Of a stretch of DNA of 64,000 bases, positions 29,119-38,922 are shown piece after piece; position 1 is the first letter of the stretch; each line of letters opens with the position of its first letter. Under the pieces are notes generated by a model, which had not been told where the DNA came from, did no database searches, and was given only the letters and a program-made list of their open reading frames with translations. The stretch is from Bordetella parapertussis (GTDB lineage Bacteria > Pseudomonadota > Gammaproteobacteria > Burkholderiales > SG8-41): contig CAMBCF010000008.1 of assembly GCA_945864585.1 (NCBI GenBank), positions 5,689 to 69,688 of the forward strand. The letters are read 5' to 3'. The position numbers and the translations under genes were made by a program.

Positions 29119-29880
29119 ATGCCAGCCGGCGGACCTCCCCTGGTATTGCTGCACGGCTGGGCCAGCCACTCACAGGTGTTTCGCGGGCTGGCGCGTGCGC
29201 TGGAGAAACGCTTGCGCGTTCAGGTAATGTCGTTGCCCGGCTACGGCGACGCCGCGCCATGCGCGCCCTATACGCTGGAGCGCATCGCGGATACGCTTGC
29301 GGCCAGCGCGCCGAAGCAGTGCAGCGTGGTGGGCTGGTCGCTGGGCGCACAGGTGGCGCTGACCTGGGCGCAGCGTGCACCGAAGCAGGTAAAGCGCCTG
29401 GCGTTGCTGGCCGCTACCCCGAGTTTCACCCAACGCAGCGGCTGGCCGCATGCGGTGACGCCGGTGGTGATGCACCAGTTCACCTCGGCGATTGGGCATG
29501 ATTGTTCGAGCGTGTTGCGCCGCTTTGTAGCGTTGCAATCCCTCGGCGACAAACAGGCGGTGCGGGTGGCGCACAAGTTGCGCACGGTGCTGTTTACAAA
29601 CCCGCTGCCGGCGCAGGCCGTGCTCGAAAGCGGGCTGGAAATTCTGCGTACTGCGGACTTGCGCACGCTGTTGCCGTCTATTCAACAACCCACTTTGCTG
29701 ATACACGGTGAATACGACGCGGTAACGCCCTGTCGGGCGGGCGAGGCATTGGGAGAGACACTGCCCAACGCGCGTTTTCACAAAATCAGCGGCGCCGGAC
29801 ACGCGCCGTTTTTGTCCGACCCTCATGCGGTGGCTGCGCTGCTGCACGAATTTCTCGATGAAACCATCGCCGCAGTTTGA
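29119..29880 (+). CDS. bioH: Pimeloyl-ACP methyl ester carboxylesterase
   Basis: LHGW, GWSLG nucleophile, GHAPFLS; within bio operon. Confidence 0.9.
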   Translation: MPAGGPPLVLLHGWASHSQVFRGLARALEKRLRVQVMSLPGYGDAAPCAPYTLERIADTLAASAPKQCSVVGWSLGAQVALTWAQRAPKQVKRLALLAATPSFTQRSGWPHAVTPVVMHQFTSAIGHDCSSVLRRFVALQSLGDKQAVRVAHKLRTVLFTNPLPAQAVLESGLEILRTADLRTLLPSIQQPTLLIHGEYDAVTPCRAGEALGETLPNARFHKISGAGHAPFLSDPHAVAALLHEFLDETIAAV

Positions 29881-30748
29881 TAAACGCGCGCTGCGCCATT
29901 CGTTCGCGCGCGCGGCGCGCAGCTACGATGCCGCCGCCGTATTGCAGCACGAGGTGTGCAGGCGCATGGACGAGCGGCTGGATCTGATTAAACATCTGCC
30001 CGCCACTCTGCTTGATGCCGGCAGCGGCACTGGCAATGCATTGCCCGCGTTGCGCCAGCGCTACCCGAACGCACGCGTGATTGCGCTCGATCTGGCGCTG
30101 AGCATGCTGCAACTCGCGCGCGACCGGGCACGCGCGCCGTGGTGGAAATCATGGCTCAGGTCACCCGCAAGCGCTGTGTGCGGCGACATTGAACAACTGC
30201 CGCTGTTGGGTGCGAGCGTGGACCTGGTGTGGTCCAACCTCGCACTGCAATGGGTGAACAATCCTGATCAGGCGTTTGCCGAGTTTCATCGAGTGCTTGC
30301 CCCTGGCGGGCTGCTGATGTTCAGCACGTTTGGGCCCGATACGCTAAAAGAATTGCGCGCGGCTTTTGCAAGTGCGGCGGGCGTGGACCAGCATACCCAC
30401 GTCAGCCGCTTCATCGATCTTCACGACATCGGCGATATTCTGGTCAAGCGCGGCTTTGCCGACCCGGTGATGGACATGGAGCCGTTCACGCTGACCTACA
30501 GCGACGTGCGCGCACTGATGCACGATCTGAAAGCGATCGGCGCGCACAACGTGACGCGGGATCGTCCGCCGGGGTTAACCGGCAAATCACGATTGGCGGC
30601 GGTAACGGCGGCGTACGAGCAGTTGCGGTGCGACGGTAAATTGCCGGCGACATTCGAAGTGGTCTACGGCCACGCGTGGAAACCGCTGCCGCGCGTCACG
30701 CCCAGCGGCAAGCGCGTGATCGATATCAAGCCCGCGCGCGCGAACTGA
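29858..30748 (+). CDS. bioC: Malonyl-ACP O-methyltransferase
   Basis: YDAAAVLQ, LDAGSGTG, SNLALQW, FGPDTLKEL. Confidence 0.93.
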   Translation: MKPSPQFDKRALRHSFARAARSYDAAAVLQHEVCRRMDERLDLIKHLPATLLDAGSGTGNALPALRQRYPNARVIALDLALSMLQLARDRARAPWWKSWLRSPASAVCGDIEQLPLLGASVDLVWSNLALQWVNNPDQAFAEFHRVLAPGGLLMFSTFGPDTLKELRAAFASAAGVDQHTHVSRFIDLHDIGDILVKRGFADPVMDMEPFTLTYSDVRALMHDLKAIGAHNVTRDRPPGLTGKSRLAAVTAAYEQLRCDGKLPATFEVVYGHAWKPLPRVTPSGKRVIDIKPARAN

Positions 30749-31461
30749 TGTTGACGCCTCACGCCTCACGCCTCACGCCTGACGGCATTTTCGTCACCGG
30801 CACCGACACCGGCGTCGGTAAGACGCTGGTGGCGTGCGCACTGTTGCACGCGCTTGCGGCACGCGGATTGCGCGTGATCGGGATGAAGCCCGTAGCTGCC
30901 GGCGCGCAGCTGAGCAACGGCGTTTGGATCAACGACGACGTAAAACAATTAATCTCCGCGAGTAACGTGGAGGCGCCGCGCGACGCCATCAATCCCTATT
31001 GTTTTGCGCCAGCGATAGCGCCACACATCGCCGCCGGCCTTGACAATAAAGTAATTGAAAACCAGTGTTTGCTCGACAACTATCAACGCTTGTCAGCGCT
31101 TGCAGACGTGGTGGTGGTCGAGGGGGCGGGCGGTTTTTGCGTGCCGCTTAGCGATCTTGAGACCAGCGCTGATCTGGCGCAGCAGCTCGCGTTGCCGGTG
31201 TTGCTGGTGGTGGGGTTGCGGCTCGGCTGTCTGAATCACGCCCTGCTCACCGGTGAAGCGATACGCGCGCGCGGACTTGCGCTCGCAGGCTGGATCGCCA
31301 ATCAGATTGATCCGGCGATGGCGCACGCGGATGCCAATATCGCCGCATTGCAGGCGCGGCTCGACGCGCCGCTGATCGCGCGCATTGCGTTTTACAATTT
31401 TCCCGATGCTGCCGCAATCGCGCCGCAAATTAACCTGAAGCACCTCGGCGCGCTGCTGTAG
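30748..31461 (+). CDS. bioD: Dethiobiotin synthase
   Basis: FVTGTDTGVGKT, MKPV, VEGAGG, LGCLNHA. Confidence 0.95.
   Translation: MLTPHASRLTPDGIFVTGTDTGVGKTLVACALLHALAARGLRVIGMKPVAAGAQLSNGVWINDDVKQLISASNVEAPRDAINPYCFAPAIAPHIAAGLDNKVIENQCLLDNYQRLSALADVVVVEGAGGFCVPLSDLETSADLAQQLALPVLLVVGLRLGCLNHALLTGEAIRARGLALAGWIANQIDPAMAHADANIAALQARLDAPLIARIAFYNFPDAAAIAPQINLKHLGALL
30755..30782 (+). repeat. CGCCTCA heptamer array inside the bioD 5' end
   Basis: CGCCTCA x3 followed by CGCCTGA. Confidence 0.85.
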
Positions 31462-31476
31462 CTCGAGAATTGCCGC

Positions 31477-31731
31477 GTGTCAATGCGCCCTTGTACCGAG
31501 TACTCTCACAGATTCAAAGGGTTACAAGGTTGCCTCGAAAGCCCTCGCTGTGTTAAATTCTCTCTGGAATTTAACCGCGTGTGGGCGCGCTTGGTGGTGC
31601 AGCAGCGGGAGCGGGAAGTGCGACTGGCGCTGTGCTCGAAAGGCAACGAAGTGGAAGTAGGCCGCTATCTCGACAGCGGCGACAGGCAAAGATTGGCGCA
31701 GGAGCTGAAGTCCAGACTCAATGCGCGCTGA
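31477..31731 (+). pseudogene. C-terminal remnant of a DUF2244-like membrane protein
   Basis: EFNRVWARL...VEVGRYL..DRQRLAQELK; TM N-half absent; located immediately before coxB. Confidence 0.55.
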
Positions 31732-31778
31732 TGGCGAAAGCCGAGCGGTAAGACAGGTTGTAACTATCCGGGGGAAGA

Positions 31779-32912
31779 ATGCGTAACAAGCTGGCCAAAA
31801 TTTTCGCGGCATTGCTGATGGCCCCTGCCATCGCGTTCGCAGAATACAAGCTCAACCTTCAGACGCCGAATACCGCGCTGGGTCACACCATTTATGATCT
31901 GCATACGATTATCACGTGGATCTGCGTGGTGATTTTCATCTTGGTGTTCGGCTTCATGTTCTACGCCATATACGCACACCGCAAATCGGTCGGCCACAAA
32001 GCCGCGCATTTCCATGAGCATTTCGGGGTCGAAGTGGCGTGGACCATCGTGCCCTGTTTCATCCTGCTGGCGATGATGTTCCCGGCGACCAAGTCGTTGA
32101 TCATGCTGCGCGACACCTCCGATCCGGATTTGACCATCAAGGCCACCGGCTACCAGTGGAAATGGGGCTACGATTACATCAAGGGTGAAGGCGAAGGCAT
32201 CAGCTTCTTCAGCAGCCTCTCAACGCCGCGCGCACAAATCGAAGGCGCCGAGAAAAAAGGCGAACACTACCTGCGCGAAACCGACACCCATGTGGTAGTA
32301 CCCGCGGGCAAGAAAGTACGCGTGCTGGTCACTGCCGCCGACGTGATACACGCGTGGTGGGTGCCGGCGCTGGCGGTGAAACAGGATGCCGTTCCAGGCT
32401 TTATCCGCGATACCTGGTTCAAGGCGGAAGCGCCGGGAATTTTTCGCGGCCAATGCGCGGAACTGTGCGGCAAGGATCACGGCTTCATGCCGATCGTGGT
32501 TGAAGTGAAATCGGCTGCCGACTACAGCAAATGGGTGGAAAGCCAGAAAGCCGGCATGAAAAAAGCGGCGGTCGCGGACGCGCCCGATAAGCCGTGGACA
32601 CTGGATGAATTGAAAGCGCGCGGCGAAAAAGTGTATGCGTCCAATTGTGTTGCGTGCCATCAGGCCACGGGGGCGGGCACGCCACCGGCATTCCCGCCGC
32701 TGACCGGCTCGAAGATCGTCATCGGTCCGAAAGACGCCCAGTTGGCGCTGCTTCTGAACGGCAAGGCGGGAACGGCTATGGCGCCCTTCAAACATCTGTC
32801 CGATGCCGATCTGGCGAGCGTGATCACCTACACCCGCAACACCTGGGCCAACAAGACCGGCGACATGGCGACCCCCGCCGAAGTCAAGGCCGCACGTGGC
32901 GCCGGGAAATAG
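31779..32912 (+). CDS. coxB: Cytochrome c oxidase subunit II with fused cytochrome c
   Basis: GYQWKW, DVIHAW, CAELCGKDHGFM CuA site, CVACH heme motif. Confidence 0.96.
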   Translation: MRNKLAKIFAALLMAPAIAFAEYKLNLQTPNTALGHTIYDLHTIITWICVVIFILVFGFMFYAIYAHRKSVGHKAAHFHEHFGVEVAWTIVPCFILLAMMFPATKSLIMLRDTSDPDLTIKATGYQWKWGYDYIKGEGEGISFFSSLSTPRAQIEGAEKKGEHYLRETDTHVVVPAGKKVRVLVTAADVIHAWWVPALAVKQDAVPGFIRDTWFKAEAPGIFRGQCAELCGKDHGFMPIVVEVKSAADYSKWVESQKAGMKKAAVADAPDKPWTLDELKARGEKVYASNCVACHQATGAGTPPAFPPLTGSKIVIGPKDAQLALLLNGKAGTAMAPFKHLSDADLASVITYTRNTWANKTGDMATPAEVKAARGAGK

Positions 32913-32966
32913 GCAACATCATACGCATCTGTTTTTAAACAAATTATTTAGAGAACCGGAGTCTAG

Positions 32967-34565
32967 ATGAGCACCGCATCCCACGACCACGCACACGACG
33001 GTCAAACCCACGACGCGCACGATCACAAGCCCTACGGCATGATGCGCTGGTTCGGTTCGACCAACCACAAAGACATCGGCACCATGTATCTGTGGTTCAG
33101 CTTTTCGATGTTCCTCGTCGGCGGCGTGATGGCGTTGATTATCCGCGCCGAGTTGTTCCAGCCCGGACTGCAAATCGTGCGTCCCGAGTTTTTCAACTCG
33201 ATGACCACCTACCACGGCCTCATCATGGTGTTCGGCGCGATCATGCCCGCGTTCGTGGGCTTTGCGAACTGGCTGATTCCGATGCAAATCGGCGCGCCCG
33301 ATATGGCGTTCCCGCGCATGAACAACTTGTCGTTCTGGTTGTTGCCGCCGGCGGCAGCGCTGTTGATCGCCGCGCAATTCGCACCGGGCGGCGGCGCGGG
33401 CGTGGGCTGGACCATGTACGCGCCGCTCACCATTCAAGCGGGCCCGGCGATGGACCTCACCATTTTTGCGATTCACATACTTGGCATGTCGTCGATCATG
33501 GGTTCGATCAACATCATCACCACCCTCCTCAACATGCGCGCGCCCGGCATGACACTCATGAAAATGCCGCTGTTTTGCTGGACCTGGCTGATCACCGCCT
33601 ACCTGCTGGTGGCGTCGATGCCGGTGCTGGCGGGTGCTGTGACCATGACGCTGACCGACCGTCACTTTGGCACCAACTTTTTCAACGCGGCGGGCGGCGG
33701 CGACCCGGTGCTGTATCAGCACATTTTCTGGTTCTTCGGCCATCCCGAGGTGTACATCATCGCGATTCCCGCTTTCGGGGTGATCTCGCAGGTGATCCCG
33801 GCGTTCTCGCGCAAACCGCTGTTTGGTTACGCCTCCATGGTGTACGCGACGGCGTCGATCGCGATTCTGTCGTTTATCGTGTGGGCGCACCACATGTACA
33901 CGGTCGGCATGCCGGTCGAAGCCCAGCTCTTCTTCATGTACGCCACCACGCTGATCGCGGTACCCACCGGCGTAAAAGTATTCAACTGGGTAGCGACCAT
34001 GTGGAAAGGTTCGCTCACCTTCGAGACACCGATGCTGTTTGCGCTGGGGTTCCTGTTCCTGTTTACCCTCGGCGGATTCACCGGGCTGGTGCTGTCGATC
34101 GTGCCGGTGGACGTGCAGTTGCATGATACTTATTACGTGGTGGCGCACTTCCATTACGTGATGGTGGCGGGCGCTTTGTTCTCGGCATTCGCGGGCATCT
34201 ACTTCTGGCTGCCGAAGTGGACCGGCCGCATGTACAACGAGACGCTCGGCCAATGGCATTTCTGGCTGTCGCTGATTTTTTTCAATGTCACCTTCTTTGT
34301 GCAGCATTTCCTGGGTCTGGCGGGCATGCCGCGGCGTGTGCCCGACTATGCGCTGCAATTCACCGAGTTCAACGCCATTTCGTCGATAGGCGCGTTTGGC
34401 TTCGGCCTGTCGCAATTGCTGTTCCTCTACATCGTCATTACATGTATTCGCAGCGGTGAAAAAGCCGAACAAAAACAATGGGAAGGCGCGGACAGTCTGG
34501 AATGGACGCATCTGCCCACGCCGCCGCCGTACCACAGCTTTGTGACGCCGCCGGTGCTAAAGTGA
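32967..34565 (+). CDS. coxA: Cytochrome c oxidase subunit I
   Basis: NHKDIG, GHPEVY, WAHH, HFHY. Confidence 0.98.
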   Translation: MSTASHDHAHDGQTHDAHDHKPYGMMRWFGSTNHKDIGTMYLWFSFSMFLVGGVMALIIRAELFQPGLQIVRPEFFNSMTTYHGLIMVFGAIMPAFVGFANWLIPMQIGAPDMAFPRMNNLSFWLLPPAAALLIAAQFAPGGGAGVGWTMYAPLTIQAGPAMDLTIFAIHILGMSSIMGSINIITTLLNMRAPGMTLMKMPLFCWTWLITAYLLVASMPVLAGAVTMTLTDRHFGTNFFNAAGGGDPVLYQHIFWFFGHPEVYIIAIPAFGVISQVIPAFSRKPLFGYASMVYATASIAILSFIVWAHHMYTVGMPVEAQLFFMYATTLIAVPTGVKVFNWVATMWKGSLTFETPMLFALGFLFLFTLGGFTGLVLSIVPVDVQLHDTYYVVAHFHYVMVAGALFSAFAGIYFWLPKWTGRMYNETLGQWHFWLSLIFFNVTFFVQHFLGLAGMPRRVPDYALQFTEFNAISSIGAFGFGLSQLLFLYIVITCIRSGEKAEQKQWEGADSLEWTHLPTPPPYHSFVTPPVLK

Positions 34566-34599
34566 GCCTTGCTTTAGTTAAATTGGTTTGAATTAATCC

Positions 34600-34737
34600 A
34601 TGGCGAATGAAGCAAAGGAAGATGAGCGTCAGCAACAGATCAAACGCAGCATCCGCCACACCGCAGCGGTGTTGTGGCTGATAGTTGCCGCTATCTTTTT
34701 TTACATGATCGCGAAATATTACTGGCTGACCAGATGA
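34600..34737 (+). CDS. Small single-TM cytochrome oxidase-associated protein
   Basis: MANEAKEDERQQQIKRSIRHTAAVLWLIVAAIFFYMIAKYYWLTR; stop overlaps ctaG start (ATGA). Confidence 0.7.
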   Translation: MANEAKEDERQQQIKRSIRHTAAVLWLIVAAIFFYMIAKYYWLTR

Positions 34738-35297
34738 CTCCGGGGCAAACCCAGCATACCCAGAAGGCCAACTGGCGGACGTTCGCGCGGCTTAGTCTGT
34801 TCGCGCTGCTGATGTTCGGTTTCGGTTTTGCAATGGTGCCGTATTACAAAAAGTTTTGCGAAATCACTGGCATCAACAACCTGCTGCAACCGAATGCCCC
34901 GGTCGGCAATACGCAGGTCGATAAAACGCGCTGGGTAACACTGGAGTTCGACGCCAATATTCACGGCATGCCGTGGCAGTTCGCGCCGTTGCAGCGCAGT
35001 GTGCGCGTGCATCCGGGCGAGATGACGCAGGTGTCGTTTGAGATCACAAATAACGGCGACCGCGCGTTGGCGGGACAGGCGATACCGAGTTACGGGCCCA
35101 AGCATGTCGCGGAATTCGTGAAAAAGCTCGAATGTTTTTGTTTTAAGCAGCAGGTGCTGGCAGCGGGCGAAACGCGCCAGATGCCGGTGCAGTTTGTGAT
35201 TGATCCCGCATTGCCGGCCAGTATCACCACGTTAACCTTGTCCTATACTTTTTTCGAGGTCAAGGGCGCAAACATGGCCGCCGGCAAAGCAGGCTGA
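34734..35297 (+). CDS. ctaG: Cytochrome c oxidase assembly protein CtaG/Cox11
   Basis: FCEITG, KLECFCF, TLSYTFF. Confidence 0.93.
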   Translation: MTPGQTQHTQKANWRTFARLSLFALLMFGFGFAMVPYYKKFCEITGINNLLQPNAPVGNTQVDKTRWVTLEFDANIHGMPWQFAPLQRSVRVHPGEMTQVSFEITNNGDRALAGQAIPSYGPKHVAEFVKKLECFCFKQQVLAAGETRQMPVQFVIDPALPASITTLTLSYTFFEVKGANMAAGKAG

Positions 35298-35342
35298 TGG
35301 CTGGTGGACAAGATAGAAGCAAAGAATTTTTAGGAGAAACGC

Positions 35343-36206
35343 ATGAGTACGCAGCAGAGCACCGACACCTACTACCTGCCGGGACAGTCGCACTGGCCGA
35401 TTACGGCAGCAAGCGCCATGGCCTTGCTGGGCTTTGGCGCGTCGTTTTCGGTCAACGGCATGACCGGCGGCAATCTCATGCTGCTGCTCGGCTTTCTGGT
35501 GCTGTTTGTAATGTTCGCGGGCTGGTTCAGCGCGGTCGCGCATGAATCCGAAGGTGGCCTCTACAACAAACAGGTGGGAATGTCGTTCCGCTGGGGCATG
35601 AGCTGGTTCATCTTTTCCGAAGTGATGTTCTTCGCCGCCTTCTTCGGCGTGCTCGGTTACATGCGGCTGTACTCGGTGCCCGATCTCGGCAGCCTCGAAC
35701 ATCAGCAACTGCTGTGGCCCGCCTTCAAGGACTCGGCCTGGCCCACGGCTGGCCCGCACTTCAAACCCGGCGATTTCACGCCGATGGGCGCGTGGGGCAT
35801 ACCGGCAATCAATACCGCGCTGTTGCTCAGTTCGGGCGTTACCATTACCTACGCCCACTGGGGGCTGCTGCAAAGAAATCGCGCCAAACTGATCTGGGGT
35901 CTGGTCGCCACCATCGCGCTGGGCATGACCTTCCTTGGTTTTCAGATTTACGAATATATGCATGCGTATTCCGAGATGAATCTCAAGCTCACCAGCGGCG
36001 CCTACGGCTCGACGTTTTACATGCTGACCGGCTTCCACGGCTTTCACGTGACGGTGGGCACCATCATGTTATGGGTGATTTTGTTTCGCAGCGTCGCGGG
36101 GCATTTCTCGCCTGAAAATCACTTTGGCTTCGAGGGTGTGGCTTGGTACTGGCACTTCGTGGACGTGGTGTGGGTGCTGCTGTTCGTGCTGGTTTACATC
36201 CTCTAA
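35343..36206 (+). CDS. coxC: Cytochrome c oxidase subunit III
   Basis: FIFSEVMFF, TGFHGFHV, WYWHFVDVVW. Confidence 0.96.
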   Translation: MSTQQSTDTYYLPGQSHWPITAASAMALLGFGASFSVNGMTGGNLMLLLGFLVLFVMFAGWFSAVAHESEGGLYNKQVGMSFRWGMSWFIFSEVMFFAAFFGVLGYMRLYSVPDLGSLEHQQLLWPAFKDSAWPTAGPHFKPGDFTPMGAWGIPAINTALLLSSGVTITYAHWGLLQRNRAKLIWGLVATIALGMTFLGFQIYEYMHAYSEMNLKLTSGAYGSTFYMLTGFHGFHVTVGTIMLWVILFRSVAGHFSPENHFGFEGVAWYWHFVDVVWVLLFVLVYIL

Positions 36207-36232
36207 TCCGCAGTAAGAAGCCAGCGATCACG

Positions 36233-36265
36233 AAAAAAGCCGCACCTTCGGGTGCGGCTTTTTTT
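36233..36265. terminator. Bidirectional intrinsic terminator
   Basis: AAAAAAGCCGCACC-TTCG-GGTGCGGCTTTTTTT. Confidence 0.9.
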
Positions 36266-36283
36266 CTCCGGGCGGGAAACTGA

Positions 36284-36478
36284 TTACAGCTTGCCCGTAA
36301 TAAATCCGAAATGTATACCAGCCATCAACAGCAGGAACAGTGTCACCGACAGCGCCACACGCACGGTCAGCGCGCGCACCATGCGCTCGCTGGCGCCATT
36401 GTCTCTCAGCATGAAGTACGCCGCCGAACCGAGGCTGTAGACGATGCACAGCAGGAAAAAGATGACGATATATTTCAT
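36284..36478 (-). CDS. Twin transmembrane helix small protein (DUF2909-like)
   Basis: SLGSAAYFML, RALTVRVALS; typical position opposite SURF1. Confidence 0.85.
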   Translation of the reverse strand: MKYIVIFFLLCIVYSLGSAAYFMLRDNGASERMVRALTVRVALSVTLFLLLMAGIHFGFITGKL

Positions 36479-36513
36479 GGCGGCAGTGTAATCCAAGCGC
36501 GTTGGGAGCGCCA

Positions 36514-37245
36514 ATGAGGATGGCGGGACGCGAATTCAAGTCCGCGTGGTGGGCAACGCTCGCCATGCTTGCCGGCGTGGCGTTAACGGTCACGCTGGGT
36601 TTCTGGCAGTTGGGGCGCGCCGACAGCAAACAGGCGTTGCAAAACCGTATCGATGCGTACGCGCGGCAGCCGCCGCGGGTGATAGGGGAAAGTGAAATAA
36701 AAACCGACGAGGTGCTGCTCAGGCCTGTAGAGGCGCGCGGCCGTTTTGACCCACGCCATACCGTGTTCATCGACAATCGCGTCTACAAACAGCGGGCGGG
36801 CTATTACGTCATGATGCCGCTGCGGCTGTCCGGCTCTGAGAAAGTTGTGCTGGTGAACCGCGGCTGGGTGGCCGCAGGCAACGAACGCAATCGCGCACCG
36901 CCGGTTATAACGCCCGCAGGTGAAGTACTGGTGCGCGGCACGGCAACGCTGGCGAGCGAGCGTTTCATCGAGCTTTCGAGCAATGTCGCCGAAGGCAACA
37001 TCTGGCAAAATATGGTGCTGGAGCGCTACCGGCAGGCGACCAAACTGGACCTGCAACCGATCATCGTGCAACAGTCGGAGCCGTTGCCGCCGCTGCAGCC
37101 GTTGGCGGACGGGCTGATACGCGATTGGCCGCCGCTCGATCTCAAGCGCAACACCCATCTCGCCTATGCGGTGCAGTGGTTCGCGCTGGCGGCAGCGATT
37201 TTTATCTACTACATGGTCATCAATGTCCGAAGAAAAACCGGTTGA
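36514..37245 (+). CDS. SURF1 family protein
   Basis: LGFWQLGRA, LVNRGWV, HLAYAVQWF. Confidence 0.92.
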   Translation: MRMAGREFKSAWWATLAMLAGVALTVTLGFWQLGRADSKQALQNRIDAYARQPPRVIGESEIKTDEVLLRPVEARGRFDPRHTVFIDNRVYKQRAGYYVMMPLRLSGSEKVVLVNRGWVAAGNERNRAPPVITPAGEVLVRGTATLASERFIELSSNVAEGNIWQNMVLERYRQATKLDLQPIIVQQSEPLPPLQPLADGLIRDWPPLDLKRNTHLAYAVQWFALAAAIFIYYMVINVRRKTG

Positions 37246-37837
37246 ACACCAAACTGAGCACCGAACCGAGCAACGTAAAAGCCGCCGCACGCTGCTGCTG
37301 GTGGCTGCGGTATGCATCGCACCCTTTGTGGGTTCGTTCGCGCTGTACTGGTTTTGGCAGCCGTCGGGACGCATCAACTACGGTGAACTGGTTGAAGGCG
37401 TGACCGTGCCCGCCGCTACACTCGCGCCTGCCGCTGGCGGCGGCAAGGCGTTTGATTTTTCGCAGGTGCGTGGACGCTGGTTGTTTGTCACTGTAGATTC
37501 CGGCGCGTGCGACGGCTATTGCCAGAAAAAGCTCTGGAAAATGCGCCAGGTGCGATTGACGCAGGGCAAGTCTCTCGAACGCATTGAGCGGGTGTGGCTG
37601 CTGACCGACACCCAAAGCGTCGCCGCCAGCGTGATCAAGGAATACGAGGGCACCTGGATTGCCCGCGCGCAAGGCAGCACGATTCTCAGAGCATTTCCGC
37701 ACCACGACGCCCAGCGCGATCACATCTACCTCGTCGATCCGCTGGGCAACGTAATATTGCGCTACCCAAAAGACGCTGATCCTAGCCGCATGAAAAAGGA
37801 TTTACAGCGGCTGCTGCGCGTGTCGCGCATCGGTTGA
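37223..37837 (+). CDS. Thioredoxin-fold (SCO-like) cytochrome oxidase-associated membrane protein
   Basis: TM anchor, NYGEL, CDGYC (CxxxC), YLVDPLGNVILRY. Confidence 0.8.
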   Translation: MSEEKPVEHQTEHRTEQRKSRRTLLLVAAVCIAPFVGSFALYWFWQPSGRINYGELVEGVTVPAATLAPAAGGGKAFDFSQVRGRWLFVTVDSGACDGYCQKKLWKMRQVRLTQGKSLERIERVWLLTDTQSVAASVIKEYEGTWIARAQGSTILRAFPHHDAQRDHIYLVDPLGNVILRYPKDADPSRMKKDLQRLLRVSRIG

Positions 37838-37839
37838 AT

Positions 37840-38850
37840 ATGCGTAAGCATCTGTTTTTTAACATTATCTTATTTACAACCGTGTTCACGTTTGTGGTCG
37901 TGGTGGTGGGCGCATTTGTGCGGCTCACCGGCGCCGGCTTGGGTTGTCCCGACTGGCCGGGCTGTTACGGCCAGATAACGCCCGCGCGCGCCGCGCCAGA
38001 CATCGCCAAAGCCGTCGCCGAACAAGGCGGCACACACGGCCCGGTGTCGATACAAAAAGCATGGCACGAAATGTTTCATCGTTATCTCGCAGCTGCGCTG
38101 GGACTGTTGATACTGGTCATCACCGCGATGGCATGGGTGCAGCGGCGGGGGCTGGCGCAATCGCCGTGGCTGGCGAGTGTGCTGTTGGCGCTGGTCATTT
38201 TTCAGGCTGCGCTGGGAATGTGGACGGTCACCCTGCTGTTGAAACCGGTGATCGTCACCCTGCATTTGCTGGGCGGCATGGCGACGCTGGCGCTACTGGC
38301 GTGGCTTGCAGTGCGGCAGTTGCACTGGCCTGCGCTGCAGGCCGGTGCTACGGCTCTGCGCGCGTGGGCAGCACTGGGGCTCGTGCTGCTGCTGGCACAG
38401 ATTGCGCTCGGGGGTTGGGTGAGCACCAACTACGCTGCGCTCGCGTGCGTCGATCTGCCTACCTGCCATGGCGAGTGGGTGCCGAAAATGGACTTCCAAC
38501 ATGGCTTTCAATTGTTGCGCGAAGTCGGTCAAACTGCGGCCGGCGGCGCACTGAGCTATGACGCGCTCACCGCAATTCACTGGACGCATCGCGTGGGCGC
38601 GCTGGTGGTCACAGCGTATCTCGCGTGGCTGGCGTGGCGGGCGGCGCGAGTAAATGGCCTGCGCAGCATCGCCATCGTGATCGGCGTGTTGCTGGCGGCG
38701 CAGGTGTTACTCGGTATCGGCAACATACTGACGGGTCTTAAACTAGCGGTGGCGGTGGCGCACAACGCCGGGGCCGCGCTGTTGCTGGTGGCGCTGGTGG
38801 TGCTAAACTTCGTGCTTTCGCTAACTTCAGGACTGAGGGCTGAGGACTGA
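37840..38850 (+). CDS. ctaA: Heme A synthase (COX15/CtaA)
   Basis: AGLGCPDWPGC, EMFHR, HWTHR, VAHN. Confidence 0.93.
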   Translation: MRKHLFFNIILFTTVFTFVVVVVGAFVRLTGAGLGCPDWPGCYGQITPARAAPDIAKAVAEQGGTHGPVSIQKAWHEMFHRYLAAALGLLILVITAMAWVQRRGLAQSPWLASVLLALVIFQAALGMWTVTLLLKPVIVTLHLLGGMATLALLAWLAVRQLHWPALQAGATALRAWAALGLVLLLAQIALGGWVSTNYAALACVDLPTCHGEWVPKMDFQHGFQLLREVGQTAAGGALSYDALTAIHWTHRVGALVVTAYLAWLAWRAARVNGLRSIAIVIGVLLAAQVLLGIGNILTGLKLAVAVAHNAGAALLLVALVVLNFVLSLTSGLRAED

Positions 38851-38917
38851 GGACTGAGCGAAAATCGCCCGCAGCACGCGCGGTTGCAAAGTCCTTAGCC
38901 CTTAGTCCTCAGTCCTG
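38828..38917. repeat. Inverted pair of heptamer arrays (GAGGACT / AGTCCTC)
   Basis: CAGGACT GAGGGCT GAGGACT GAGGACT ... AGTCCTT AGCCCTT AGTCCTC AGTCCTG. Confidence 0.85.
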
Positions 38918-38922
38918 CCCTT

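Noticed and set aside
32919-34535. Long antisense ORFs (538 aa opposite coxA; also 47804-49285, 10234-11469, 13164-14099)
   Set aside because: Shadow frames of GC-rich coding genes with no recognisable motifs
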